DNA of 49,856 nt, from positions 1 through 49,856 of the forward strand of contig CAZUFC010000060.1 in assembly GCA_964619725.1 (NCBI GenBank), given 5' to 3'. This document shows, piece after piece, positions 36,102-47,067 of the stretch. The stretch is from an uncultured bacterium. GTDB taxonomy: Bacteria; CSSED10-310; CAZUFC01. The notes beneath the pieces are model-generated. The model worked only from the letters and a program-made list of their open reading frames with translations. It had not been told where the DNA came from and searched no databases. Numbering within the stretch: the first letter of the stretch is position 1; each line of letters starts with the position of its first letter. The position numbers and the translations under genes were made by a program.

Positions 36102-38465
36102 TTGAAAACGAGTCTTTATCAGAAAATAATCGTTCTGGCCGTCATTCTGGTTTGCTGGGGATTCTGGACCTGGACAATGAGTCCTGATTTTTACTGGCTT
36201 GATTCCGGCATATATACTGCTGCGGCCTATGAACCGGGGATTCCATATCCGCCGGGTTTTCCCGTCTTTATGATGCCGGCTTTTATTTTCAGTTTTATCC
36301 CTGTCGGCAACATCGCCGTACGGGTACAACTTTTTTCCATGACGACCGGGGCCGCCGCCCTGTTTTTACTTTTTCATCTTGTTTCAACATTCTGCATGCT
36401 GGTTTTTACCCACTCTGAAAACAAACAAGAACCGGCGGAAAAATCAGGCAGGGCAAAAAGAACCAAACCTGAAGAGAACAAACGAAAATCCGTCGTCCTG
36501 CAATATCCGAACGCTCTTTTTGCTGCAGCATGCGGCGGTACGGCGATATTCGGGCTGGCGGTCAGCTTCTGGACTCAGGCCGTTAATACTGAGGTCTACG
36601 CTTATCAGACCTTCTTTACGATCGGCGTTTTGTATGCTGCATTTTCCGCCTGGCAGCATCTGTCGGAAGATTCTGCGGCTGAAGCCCGGCGATATATGAA
36701 ATGGGCAGCGGTTCTGCTTGGTTTAAGTTTCGGGAATCATCCCATGAGCGTCGGGTTGCTTTTGACTTTTATCCTTTTTGTTGTGCTGCAGGCCGGGAAA
36801 TACCCGCATTTATACAAAAATTACAGGAATATATTGATTATTACAGGACTGTTCGCCGCATGCGCACTGATCCCATATCTTTACCTGCCCGTTCTGTCTC
36901 ATTTGAACGTCGATCCTGACTGGGGCAATCCTGAAACGACTGGGCGTTTGTTTAAAGTTATGACCGGGATTCATCATACAGCGGAAAGCAGCAGCTTCGA
37001 TTTTTTCGGCCCCGCTTTCATGAGCCGCAGCCGGGAAGCCGCCGGACTCCTGAAAATGCAATATTTCCTTCCCGGACTTCTTGCCGCTTTCATCGGCCTT
37101 ATGACCGGAATCAAAAAAAAGCTGAAAGCTAATTTAATCCTCATTTTTCTGGCCCTGGTCACCTTTTTCCTGGCGACAGCTTACATAAAAACGAAAGAAT
37201 ACGCCGGATGGTATTTAACCGGCTACGTTTCGGTCGTAATCTGGTACGCTGCGGGTTTATATGCCGTCGTTATACTGCTGCAGGATATCTTCAGCAAAAC
37301 CAATAATCGAGCCTTAAGAAAAAGTGTGATAGCGATACCGGTCATCGTCACGCTTTTCGTGCTTTTCATGCAAGTCCGGAACAATGCTTTTCTGGAAACC
37401 AGGCGAAATAATTATACGCCGCGAGAATACGGCAGAAACATGATTGAAAGGCTTGATGCGAACAGCCTGGTTTTCATCGTCGGCGACAATCCTTCCAGCG
37501 CTGTCCTGGCGCTGCAAATCGCCGAAAAATTCCGCGATGACCTCACCGTCCTCCACCAGAATTTCCTCGGCTCTGAATGGTACAGGAACAATATCCAGGA
37601 TCGCGACCTCGTTAATCTCCCCGAACCGCCTGATAAACCGGAACGGGAATGGACCGTCCCTGATTTCGCTGAATACGTCGTAAATATAATTCGCACCAAC
37701 CCCGAACGCTCCGTTTATTTCATAAAACCCGACAAAATCGGTTTACTGAATCGCCTTAATTTGACCGGCGCCGGCATGCTCTATAAACTCATCAAATCTC
37801 CCGCCGATGCACAAGTTAACCCCTCCTGCTGGGATTTCCGCTTTGCAGAGCCTCTTTTTTACGAAAAATATCCGAACGATCCGCAGATGATCATCAATAG
37901 AGCGTTCGAAGAAGCCTGCCTGGGTTATTACAGGGCTTACCTTTTCGCTATACGGTCGCTCATGACCCAATATCCTGAAGAAAGTCTCGAATCGGCTCAA
38001 AAAGCGCTCCGGGTCATATCTGGACTTAGATTAAAAAAGTTCTACCCGAAAGAAGCGTATGCCGGGCTGTGGACTGCAGCCTTCAGAACCGGAGCGACAG
38101 ATATAATGGAAAACGTGTTCGACAGAATGACGGCTCAAAGGAGAGCTTGTCTCACCGAAATGATCAATTATAAATGGTTCGATGCAGCCTTCCGCCTGAT
38201 TGAAAAACTGGAAAGCGTCCGCCCAAACGATCCCGTGGCCTTGGAAATGAAAGGGATAGCCTGCGCATCAACAGGTCGATACGACCAGGCGAAAACAATT
38301 TTCCAGGAAATGGTCAGGAGATTTCCCGGTAACGCCGTCAATTATTATAACCTGGGAAACGTCTACGATGAACTCGGCGACAAAGAAAAAGCCGTAACAA
38401 ACTATGAAAAAGCCTTGAAGTTGAATCCCCGTTTCGAACTGGCTCGACGCGCCCTGAACAATTAA
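36102..38465 (+). CDS. DUF2723/TMEM260-like GT-C glycosyltransferase with C-terminal TPR
   Basis: DSG...GIPYPPGFP, FWTQAVNTEVY, GNHP, YLYLP...WGNP, multiple TM segments, YYNLGNVY TPR; AGGAGG RBS before TTG. Confidence 0.85.
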   Translation: MKTSLYQKIIVLAVILVCWGFWTWTMSPDFYWLDSGIYTAAAYEPGIPYPPGFPVFMMPAFIFSFIPVGNIAVRVQLFSMTTGAAALFLLFHLVSTFCMLVFTHSENKQEPAEKSGRAKRTKPEENKRKSVVLQYPNALFAAACGGTAIFGLAVSFWTQAVNTEVYAYQTFFTIGVLYAAFSAWQHLSEDSAAEARRYMKWAAVLLGLSFGNHPMSVGLLLTFILFVVLQAGKYPHLYKNYRNILIITGLFAACALIPYLYLPVLSHLNVDPDWGNPETTGRLFKVMTGIHHTAESSSFDFFGPAFMSRSREAAGLLKMQYFLPGLLAAFIGLMTGIKKKLKANLILIFLALVTFFLATAYIKTKEYAGWYLTGYVSVVIWYAAGLYAVVILLQDIFSKTNNRALRKSVIAIPVIVTLFVLFMQVRNNAFLETRRNNYTPREYGRNMIERLDANSLVFIVGDNPSSAVLALQIAEKFRDDLTVLHQNFLGSEWYRNNIQDRDLVNLPEPPDKPEREWTVPDFAEYVVNIIRTNPERSVYFIKPDKIGLLNRLNLTGAGMLYKLIKSPADAQVNPSCWDFRFAEPLFYEKYPNDPQMIINRAFEEACLGYYRAYLFAIRSLMTQYPEESLESAQKALRVISGLRLKKFYPKEAYAGLWTAAFRTGATDIMENVFDRMTAQRRACLTEMINYKWFDAAFRLIEKLESVRPNDPVALEMKGIACASTGRYDQAKTIFQEMVRRFPGNAVNYYNLGNVYDELGDKEKAVTNYEKALKLNPRFELARRALNN

Positions 38466-38596
38466 AAAAAACAGTCATCAACATTACAGAATTCTCTAAT
38501 CCGGGCATTTTGGTAATCGCCCTGTTTTCTTCTCAGTAACCACAGCAATCAATGTAAATATTGCGCTTGCTAAAGGGCGGCTTCGAAAACAGATCA

Positions 38597-40987
38597 CTAT
38601 CTGTCGAGTTCTCTTCTGACGGCTGCGGCTATGGCCTGCTTCGTCAGCGGTTTTTTAACGAAAGCGCCGGCTCCCGATTTTTGCGCTTCTTTGACTCTGT
38701 TCGTCTCAGAAAAGCCGGAAACCAGAATGGCTTTTTGTCCCGGATTGATCCTGATAAGACGCCGGTAGGTTTCTGTTCCATCTATGCCCGGCGACATGAC
38801 CATATCCAGTATCACGATGTCCGGTTTTTCTTTTTCAACTATTTTCAAGGCCTCTTCACCGCTTTCGGCAGTAATCACTTTATATCCCTGTCTCTCCAGA
38901 AGCCGGGAGGATACTTCTCTCTGAACGGCATCATCGTCAACTACCAGCAACGTTTCACAACCCTTCATTTCTTCAAGCGTTTCGGACTCCTTTTCCGCAT
39001 CCCGCGTGACCGGAAAATAAAGATAAAAGGAGCTTCCGCAGCCTATCTTTGAACTCAAATCCAGATATCCCCTGTGGTCCTTCATTACCGCATCAACAAC
39101 ACTCAATCCAAGCCCCGAACCTCTCTTCTTGTCCGCCTTCTTGGTAGTGAAAAAAGGGTCCAGTATTTTGTCTCTTATGTCGTCGGGTATGCCGCATCCG
39201 TCATCTGTTACGGTCAATTTAACGTATTCGCCTATGGGAACCCGACCGAAAGCCAGCGAAGTATCGTCAGCATAATAATTTTCCGTTTTAACCGTTATCG
39301 TTCCAAAATCACGAAGCGCATCCTTCGCATTAGCCAGCAGATTGGCTAAAATCCTGTGTAACTGCGCCTTTCCCCCTTTGATCCTGAAAAGATTTTCCTC
39401 CAGAATCAATTCCGTTTTTATGGTATCGGCGTTAAAATTCAAATCGTTGACGACATGACGCACTATCTGGTTTAAATCCAGAATTTCCTGGTCGTAATGC
39501 CCTCTTCTCCCCATTGCCAGAAGGTCCTGGTTAATGTCCGCTATCTTGATCGCGGCGTTTTCGATGTCGTTGAGATAAGAGTGCGCTTCATGCCCTGCAG
39601 GCAACATTTCCCGAATAAAATCCGGATACGCGGTCAATGGCCCCAGAAGGTTATTGAAATCATGAGCGACCTGACCTGCTATAGTCCCGGCCGTTTCCAG
39701 TCTCTCGGCTCGGGATTTCAAATCACGGAGTCTCTTCATCTCCGTGATGTCCTTTACGAAACCCAGGAATTTATCATCGCTGAGTTTAACGGCTTCGACC
39801 GTCCAGTACCTTTCATTACCGTCTTTCATGGTGAATGGAGCGCTGCCGGAAGATTTACCGTATTTGACGCACTCTTTGAAATGTCGTTCCGCAAACTTTC
39901 GCCCCTCTTCCGGTACCAGGTCCATGATGTTCATCGATAAAAGTTCTTCCCGGGAATAACCCGTCAACCCGGCGGAAGCTTTATTGACGTCAATGTAATT
40001 GCCCTCAGCGTCCGAAATGAATATCCCGTCCGGAGCATTGTCCACGTAACTCCTGTACCGGGCTTCACTCGCCTTGAGCTCCTCTCGCGTCCGCCTGCTT
40101 TCCGTTATATCTTCTCCTGAACTTATCGTTCCGATGATCGAACCGTGATCGTCACGAATGACGGCGTTATGCCAGGCAATGGTTCGCACCTCGCCGTCCG
40201 CCCTTACAATCAAATTCTCAAAAAATTCAGCAGGTTCTATATTACCCGACATCAACTGATGAAATATCCGTCTTACCTCATCACGCCTTTCCGCAGGTAA
40301 ATAATTACTAAACCATTCCTTGCCTATTATATCGTCCGCAGGATAACCCAAAGTCTCGGCCCCCTTGCGGTTGATCATCGTCACTCTCCCGTTCGCATCC
40401 ATTACAACCAAAATGACGCCCGCTATGTCCAGATAAGACTCAACCCGATCACGCTCCCGCTCAAGCGCTTCTCTCACATTTACCTGTTCGGATATGTCCT
40501 CAACAAACAACAGATAATAAATGAGCTCGCCTCTATCGTCATGTACCGGCGATACTTTCATACTTATCCAGATTTCTGAATCATCCTCACGAATATAACG
40601 CTTTTCCAGGCTCCGCCCGCTCGACTTAACCGTCGGATCATTCACATGAAATGCCCGCTCCAACTCAAAATCCTGTAAATAGGCTATCTCTTGAAAGCGT
40701 AACTGGAGCATTTTTTCAGGACTTATTTTTAATATTTCGCATATCTGACTGTTCACGCGCAAAAATTTTCCATCTCGTCCAAAATGAGCTATCCCGACCG
40801 CCGCTTGTTCAAACGTTTGCCTGAACCTGTCTTCACTCTCTTTGAGGCGCTTCTTAAGCTCCGTTAACTGCAGATCGGCAGGTTCCTCTTCACCGCAGTA
40901 ATCTCGATGGTCCTCCACAGAAGATGTAACGCGTTTACCGTTTTTCAAATCTCCGCTTCCGCCGGACAGGACTTCAGCTTTTTTCAT
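38597..40987 (-). CDS. Hybrid sensor kinase: three PAS domains + HisKA/HATPase + receiver (CckA-like)
   Basis: VAHDFNNLL, DDGCGI, PFFTTK, GSGLGL, LVVDDD...ILDMVM. Confidence 0.93.
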   Translation of the reverse strand: MKKAEVLSGGSGDLKNGKRVTSSVEDHRDYCGEEEPADLQLTELKKRLKESEDRFRQTFEQAAVGIAHFGRDGKFLRVNSQICEILKISPEKMLQLRFQEIAYLQDFELERAFHVNDPTVKSSGRSLEKRYIREDDSEIWISMKVSPVHDDRGELIYYLLFVEDISEQVNVREALERERDRVESYLDIAGVILVVMDANGRVTMINRKGAETLGYPADDIIGKEWFSNYLPAERRDEVRRIFHQLMSGNIEPAEFFENLIVRADGEVRTIAWHNAVIRDDHGSIIGTISSGEDITESRRTREELKASEARYRSYVDNAPDGIFISDAEGNYIDVNKASAGLTGYSREELLSMNIMDLVPEEGRKFAERHFKECVKYGKSSGSAPFTMKDGNERYWTVEAVKLSDDKFLGFVKDITEMKRLRDLKSRAERLETAGTIAGQVAHDFNNLLGPLTAYPDFIREMLPAGHEAHSYLNDIENAAIKIADINQDLLAMGRRGHYDQEILDLNQIVRHVVNDLNFNADTIKTELILEENLFRIKGGKAQLHRILANLLANAKDALRDFGTITVKTENYYADDTSLAFGRVPIGEYVKLTVTDDGCGIPDDIRDKILDPFFTTKKADKKRGSGLGLSVVDAVMKDHRGYLDLSSKIGCGSSFYLYFPVTRDAEKESETLEEMKGCETLLVVDDDAVQREVSSRLLERQGYKVITAESGEEALKIVEKEKPDIVILDMVMSPGIDGTETYRRLIRINPGQKAILVSGFSETNRVKEAQKSGAGAFVKKPLTKQAIAAAVRRELDR

Positions 40988-41181
40988 TTTATTAATCCCC
41001 CCTCATCCAGTATCGCTGAATTCGATCCGATGCGAATATATTTATGACAGTCAACCCGTTGTAAAGTCAAGCATTCAATTCTGAAAACAAAACCGGTTCA
41101 CTTCAGATATCCTATTAGAACTCACAGCGAACGCCTGTCACCATGCTCATTTTTTCCAGCTATGACTGGACGGATGCTTCT

Positions 41182-42339
41182 TCACTGTAAAGAATTCATC
41201 CAACCATTTTCTGTTAAAAAATGGTACGCCGCCTCCGCACTCAGTCGATGCGCTTCAACAGAAGGATGAACAATGTCTCCCGGACCGGCATATAAATATT
41301 CGGAATCATATTCCGGATTCTTATTCAAAAAATCCTGGTATATCTCATAAACATCGATATATCGCGTGTTTTTTTCCTTCAGTATTCCTTTCACCAGAAC
41401 ACGAAACTCCCTTTCATACGGGAAAAAACGGTCCGCCGAGCCGTCCACAAATTCCTGCGAAGGATACAAAATATAAAGAACTTTTCCCCCTGTCTTATCA
41501 AGCAACGCTTTAAACTCTTCCTCGAACGGCAGTGAAATATCATCAAACGTCAAGCTTTCTAATATTTTTTGCCTCTGGTCCCTTTTAATTTTCCTGTGCG
41601 AATCAAAAACTTTTTTCTGAAAGAACGTCAGCAGGGGCACGCGGGATACCAGCCAGGCGTAAGCATCTTTCAACCCCCGCCGTAAATTGTCCGCATCAGT
41701 AATCGACTTCCCCGTGATTCCTTCCAGATATATCTGTCTCTCCGTAGTATCCGCACCGGCAGACGCCTGGTGGAAATTAAAATCATCCATCAGATCGTTC
41801 GCACATATCCCCACCAGGAAAAAATCGGGGTCGAAGGCATGCATTTCCATATCATAGAATAAGTTATAGTAGGAGAATCCACGGCACGGACTGGATGCAT
41901 TGATGACCTCACAATAATAGTCATCATTACGGTAATCCTGCTTTATCCTTTCCGACAGCATTATCTCCAGCTCTTCGCAAATGCCTTTCTGTTTGCCGGA
42001 AACTCCAAAATATGCGAAAAATATGGAATCGCCCAGCGCCAGAATACGTAACTTTTCCTCTTCAGGCCTGACACTCGGAACAATATGATCCTCCTTCAAT
42101 CCCTGCCTATTTATGAATGAAAAACGGTCCCCTTCCGGGTTCAGCCTGAAACCGTAAACAGGGTCTTTTATAAACATCCTGGTTCTGATGCGGTAAGGAC
42201 TTTCATTATAACCCAAAAGCGAACAGACCGCATTCAACGCCACTATGAATAAAACAGACATTAAAAATGCTGCAGCTTTATGTCTCCAGGTGACGGTCAT
42301 ATTCGCCGTATCGCCTGCAATCCGTTCAATCTGCGACAA
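41182..42339 (-). CDS. Membrane-anchored SGNH/GDSL hydrolase-like protein
   Basis: N-terminal TM, RILALGDS, ICAND, DIVHPS. Confidence 0.75.
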   Translation of the reverse strand: MSQIERIAGDTANMTVTWRHKAAAFLMSVLFIVALNAVCSLLGYNESPYRIRTRMFIKDPVYGFRLNPEGDRFSFINRQGLKEDHIVPSVRPEEEKLRILALGDSIFFAYFGVSGKQKGICEELEIMLSERIKQDYRNDDYYCEVINASSPCRGFSYYNLFYDMEMHAFDPDFFLVGICANDLMDDFNFHQASAGADTTERQIYLEGITGKSITDADNLRRGLKDAYAWLVSRVPLLTFFQKKVFDSHRKIKRDQRQKILESLTFDDISLPFEEEFKALLDKTGGKVLYILYPSQEFVDGSADRFFPYEREFRVLVKGILKEKNTRYIDVYEIYQDFLNKNPEYDSEYLYAGPGDIVHPSVEAHRLSAEAAYHFLTENGWMNSLQ

Positions 42340-42394
42340 CCAGTCCCCTTTTGCATGAAAGGAAAACTGAATGTCGTTCCCGATTTACCTATAT

Positions 42395-43396
42395 CTATTC
42401 GCTAATTCCAAGCGCCTCTTTTATTTTGGCAATGACTCCTTCGACCTGCTCTTTATTCTCAGCATCCGGCACGGCTTCCAGAAAATCCTGAAACATAGTC
42501 AAGGCCGATTCATAGTTGTGTAATTTAAGATAAACATTGCCCAGGAATTGAAGGGCATAAGCCGACTTCTCCGGCGCCAGTTCATACGATTTCAGAAAAT
42601 GCTCCTCTGATTCTTCATATCTTTCCAGCCGATAAAACGTTTCACCCAGGTGATACTGATGTTGCGCCGAATCAGGATTCAACTCCACGGCCTTCTCGAA
42701 ATAGGGAAGCGCGGTTTCATATTGCTGCTGCGCCAGGTAAACCGCTCCCAGGTTTTCCTGGTACGCTGCATCGGTCGGGTCGTATTCGACTGCTTTCTTG
42801 AAATTTTCTTCCGCTTTGTTCCACTTGCCGTCGTTTTTGTATTCTATTCCCAGGGCATTATAAGCAAAGGCATACTCAGGCCATATTTCTATGGCTTTTT
42901 CGATTTGTTTTCTCGCCTTCTTGTTTTTGCCCTTCTGCAGCAGCTCAATGGCCGATGCCATTTTGTCGCGTGCTTTCTTCATTTCCAGGGTCATTTCCTG
43001 GGTTTCCGACAGAAGCGCCAGGTCCTGTTGAACCGTCGCCATTTCCGTGGACATGACTTCAATGTTTTCCGTTTTAAGACGGTAATCGTCGGCTTCGGCA
43101 ACCACCTGATATTGTCCCTGACCTATTTTCCTGAATTCATAATGGCCGTTTTCGTCTGTAATGACTGACCCTATCTTTTCTTTTTCCTGAAATTCGCCCA
43201 CGGTCGCATCCATCTGATCGAATTCATAGGAATAAAGAGTCACCCGGGCGTTTTCAATCGGTTTGCCTGAAAATTCGTCCAGGACTTTACCTTCAATGGT
43301 ATTTTCTCCGATCTGACCGAGAGCATTATAGGCAAAAAGAAAAACCAGCGAATAAATTATAAAAATGAACAAAAATGTTTTTGAAGCGTTGATCAT
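42395..43396 (-). CDS. Exported carboxypeptidase-regulatory-like domain + TPR protein
   Basis: Signal/TM, IEGKVLD..GKPIENA, TDENGHYEF, several TPR repeats. Confidence 0.85.
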   Translation of the reverse strand: MINASKTFLFIFIIYSLVFLFAYNALGQIGENTIEGKVLDEFSGKPIENARVTLYSYEFDQMDATVGEFQEKEKIGSVITDENGHYEFRKIGQGQYQVVAEADDYRLKTENIEVMSTEMATVQQDLALLSETQEMTLEMKKARDKMASAIELLQKGKNKKARKQIEKAIEIWPEYAFAYNALGIEYKNDGKWNKAEENFKKAVEYDPTDAAYQENLGAVYLAQQQYETALPYFEKAVELNPDSAQHQYHLGETFYRLERYEESEEHFLKSYELAPEKSAYALQFLGNVYLKLHNYESALTMFQDFLEAVPDAENKEQVEGVIAKIKEALGISE

Positions 43397-43489
43397 TGCA
43401 GAACCTCCTTTGACCGGTCTTCCGGACGACCCGCAAGACCATGACCATTGAAAACCATCGGTGAAAATTACAGCTTAAGAAAACCAAAG

Positions 43490-46279
43490 TCAATGCTTTT
43501 GTATTTTAAATATCCTGATGTTTCTCGGCTGTAAGGTAATTTCGGGCGATACCGCAGGGCCGTTTCGCAACTGGTATCGCACAATCGTATCATGATCAAG
43601 TCCCTCTTCCGTCATTTCCGCCAAAGTAAAATTATCTTCAACTCCTATGTAATAATCACAAGGGCTGAATTTTAAACGAAAAACGTGCTCTTTTTCCGAC
43701 CAGCAGGAAACGACGAAGATCGCAGCATCACTTTCCGGCAAATACCAGGCGCTTACCGGAATTTCCGGTACACGGCGCTCCATTATGGCGTCTTCGGGTG
43801 AATAATGATGAGGTCCCAGCACGAGCACGCAGTAATCATAAAAAAAATTGTTGAACCTTATGATCGAATGCCGCTGCACGGGCTTCAGCTCGCCGTCGAT
43901 TATCTCAGGCGGCCGCAGAAATTCACCGAACCTTAAATATAGTCCGGCCTTGTCTTCTTCCGGGTCATCACCCCAGAAATCCATCGATTCCAGCAGCCTC
44001 TTCAAATAATTGCGGCTCTTTTCCACAGGAGATTGCGGATTCCCATACCCTTTTTCCATAAATCGCCCCTCATGAAGAGGAACTCCCTGAGAATCGACAG
44101 CGACGTCCAGGTCGGAAATATTTATTCTGCATCCGTTAACGAATGAACAGCCTATCTGAGCATCAAACGACGGATACGCGTTTGCCTCTTCATCATAAAC
44201 ATAGTAATCATAAGATGTATTCGCACACTTTTCCTCTCTGGACGGCAAGACGTAGGAACCGTCGAAATATTCGTTGTGAAAGTAGATTCCCGAGTAATAA
44301 AACATCATCTGAATGAGAAAAACATAATCGTGATAAACAAGAGTAAAAAGGGGAATGTCCAGAGTATGTCCGGGATCGTATTGAGGCGATACTGAATCAT
44401 GATGTATGCGTCTGCCGAAAAAATGTTGCAGGGCCAGCATTTCCGCTTCTGAAACCGCCAGCTCCGTCAGCATCTCACTTATGTGAAAAATATGCGGATT
44501 CCCCGTCATTCCCCTGATGGTCTGATTATAATGCTGAATGCATTCGTCAAAAGTCTCTCCGCCCATAAATTCATCCTGCTGCCTGAAGTGCGAATGTTCC
44601 GTGTCGTAACAGGTCAGATTCTTGTACCCGTAACCGGCATAGAACCCCTCTATTTTATCGCCAGAATATTCATAAGCATCCGCCAGCATGTCCGCCATTA
44701 TTTCCAGGCTCTCCGCATTCCTGAAACAGAGGCTGCCCTTCCTCTGTCCGTTGGCGTTCATTACCTGATAAGGCCCCCAGTCGAATGTGAAATGATCGAA
44801 AGATGCCAGTTCTCCGCCCGGCGGCAGAATAAAATGCGCATCTATGTCGGGAAGAGACGTCATGGCATCGAGCATTTCCGGAAAAAAACGCCTCAGTTTC
44901 TCCGGGTCGTTATCGCCGATATAACAATGACCGCCTGTGTATTCCGGAAGGTTTAAAAAATAATGCCAGGGCCGCTCATACCTGAACCAGGGATCATTCC
45001 TCATCTCGATAAAAACCTCCCTGTTCCACCACCACGGCCATATCATCACGATTGGATGTTCCTCGCCCAGACGCTCCTTATACAAAGGAAGATACTCGCC
45101 GGGCCATTGAACGTCGAATTTCTCCTCCTGGCGCTGAGGGCTGAAGTAAAGCGTCAGCATGTTCTCTTCACGCAACCAGTCCGGAATGTAAGTTTCATAC
45201 AAAGAGGGATCGTCGCGGTCCATCAGCCGCCCCTTTTCCGTCCACTCCTGATCCAACGCCCATTCCCGGTATATCCGGCCCGCCGTAAACCAGTCCCCCC
45301 TGAACGGACCGAACTCATGATCGAACAATTCCGCCTGGTGCAGATCATTCCCCACAGACCAGTATCCCGGATAAAAACTGTGGACGTCCTTATGGTTCCA
45401 ACAGGAAAAATTTACATAATAATAAAGCCCTTCCGAAGCTTCATCAGGCTCTATTCCAAAGGACTTCACATATCCGTGCCCGTCCCGGCAGGACATGTAA
45501 AGCCCCCTCCTGCTCTCCTCACCGTAATACGCCTGAAATTGCATGGAATACTTCCCTGAAGAATATCCTCCATACAAACGCTCCCGAATATGAAGCGCAG
45601 GATTGCTGATCAGTTTTCCGCCCGCTTCCGATACCGCCAGCCTGTCTCCTTCCTCATCCTGAATGCGGGGCGCCCTGAACCAGGGAAAATATGCATGGTC
45701 CAACACCCAAAGCGCATCCGACACGCGCATCCCGTTATCCACATCAATAGAAAATAATGCGCGGCTTCCCCGCACGCTCTCATCAGAATCCACCCGCACG
45801 CTGACCGTAACATTCACATCATATGACTCCCCCATCAAACCCATTTGCAGTCCCGTCCAATGCAGATTCAAAACCTGAACCTCCCGTTCATTGAACGAAC
45901 ATCCCTTCTGCACCCGTTCAATACCATCTTCGCCCGCAAAACCCGAAAAAATCTCGCTATCATAATCAGCGGCACAACAGGCAGATGTATCAGCATTGGA
46001 AAACATACGCACCTGGCCGCCGCCGAAATCATAAAAAAATAAAGCCCATATCTCTTCGCCCATGGAATAAACTGTCGGCGGATCGCTGCTCTTATCTATA
46101 ATCTCCTGAAAATATATTTTCGATTCACCAACCAGAAACGTATATTCCGCGGTTCCATTACCCACGGAATATATCTCAGCAGCATTCAGCAGGGTTAAAT
46201 TCAAAATATGTGAAAGAAAAATACCCGTGATAATGATCAGAATCAGTCTTTTCATAGTTCCAAATCCATCGCTTTTCAT
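43490..46279 (-). CDS. Large secreted DUF6259-like (glycoside hydrolase-like) protein; start may be 46255
   Basis: Signal peptide, YSMQFQAYY, FRGDWFTAGRIYREWA, CYDTEHSH, IPLFTLVYHDY, YLRFGEFLRPP. Confidence 0.6.
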   Translation of the reverse strand: MKSDGFGTMKRLILIIITGIFLSHILNLTLLNAAEIYSVGNGTAEYTFLVGESKIYFQEIIDKSSDPPTVYSMGEEIWALFFYDFGGGQVRMFSNADTSACCAADYDSEIFSGFAGEDGIERVQKGCSFNEREVQVLNLHWTGLQMGLMGESYDVNVTVSVRVDSDESVRGSRALFSIDVDNGMRVSDALWVLDHAYFPWFRAPRIQDEEGDRLAVSEAGGKLISNPALHIRERLYGGYSSGKYSMQFQAYYGEESRRGLYMSCRDGHGYVKSFGIEPDEASEGLYYYVNFSCWNHKDVHSFYPGYWSVGNDLHQAELFDHEFGPFRGDWFTAGRIYREWALDQEWTEKGRLMDRDDPSLYETYIPDWLREENMLTLYFSPQRQEEKFDVQWPGEYLPLYKERLGEEHPIVMIWPWWWNREVFIEMRNDPWFRYERPWHYFLNLPEYTGGHCYIGDNDPEKLRRFFPEMLDAMTSLPDIDAHFILPPGGELASFDHFTFDWGPYQVMNANGQRKGSLCFRNAESLEIMADMLADAYEYSGDKIEGFYAGYGYKNLTCYDTEHSHFRQQDEFMGGETFDECIQHYNQTIRGMTGNPHIFHISEMLTELAVSEAEMLALQHFFGRRIHHDSVSPQYDPGHTLDIPLFTLVYHDYVFLIQMMFYYSGIYFHNEYFDGSYVLPSREEKCANTSYDYYVYDEEANAYPSFDAQIGCSFVNGCRINISDLDVAVDSQGVPLHEGRFMEKGYGNPQSPVEKSRNYLKRLLESMDFWGDDPEEDKAGLYLRFGEFLRPPEIIDGELKPVQRHSIIRFNNFFYDYCVLVLGPHHYSPEDAIMERRVPEIPVSAWYLPESDAAIFVVSCWSEKEHVFRLKFSPCDYYIGVEDNFTLAEMTEEGLDHDTIVRYQLRNGPAVSPEITLQPRNIRIFKIQKH

Positions 46280-46481
46280 TACATTATATTGTTTCCGCTC
46301 GAAAAAAGGGAAATTAAACCCTCGTATATTTTATTATATTCCATTGAAAAAACAAAAAAAGGAACTGATTCAACACAGATCGGCAGTCCGGAATCATCCC
46401 CTCAACCAAACTGATCCTTGCCCACAAGTTTCCATTTGACGAACTCAGCGTTCTATCTTTGATCCACGGCGCTTTTTTTTC

Positions 46482-46624
46482 GGCAATCGGTATCGGGATC
46501 GGAATCGGGGTCGGGATCGGGGTCGGCATCGGAATCGGGGTCGGGATCGGGATCGTAATCGAAACAGAATGATGGGATATTCTGTAGTATTGTAATCTCA
46601 AAAGATTCATTTTTAATCAATGCC
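46482..46624 (+). mobile_element. Family A element, partial copy (3' half) with an expanded hexamer core
   Basis: About 13 RTCGGN units, then ATGATGGGATATTCTG...CTCAAAAGA...TTTTAATCAATGCC. Confidence 0.75.
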
Positions 46625-46864
46625 GGTCATTTTTTTAGATGAAATCTCCTGAAGTGCAGAAAATCTCTCAGAATACTTATGCCGGCCGGTTATAATTCAG
46701 GTAATTAGCTTCTTTAGTCTGTTGTTGTCGGTCTGCACCGCATATTTCATGAATGCTCGTGCAGAAAGTCCCCTTTTCTGCTGTCGTCGGCCTGCCACGG
46801 TTAAGGCCGGTCCGAAGACGCAGGATGATGACGATATGCATCCTATGATAGGAGGTTATTCTTA

Positions 46865-46962
46865 AGCGCCGAAGGCGCGAAATGTGAAAGCCTGGGGTTA
46901 AGCGAGCCTGCGAGCGCAACCCCAGGTAAAACGCGCAATAATGAAAGCTCTGAAAGAGCGTA
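46865..46962 (+). repeat. Cluster of REP-like hairpins
   Basis: GCGCCGAAGGCGC, CCTGGGGTT...AACCCCAGG, GCTCTGAAAGAGC. Confidence 0.65.
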
Positions 46963-47067
46963 ATAGAATAAAGTCTCACCGTTCAGCGGATATTTCTTTT
47001 AATTATGATATTTGTTTGACTTCATGAAAAAAATATTTGAGACCGAGAAATGGGGAGGCGCCGACGG

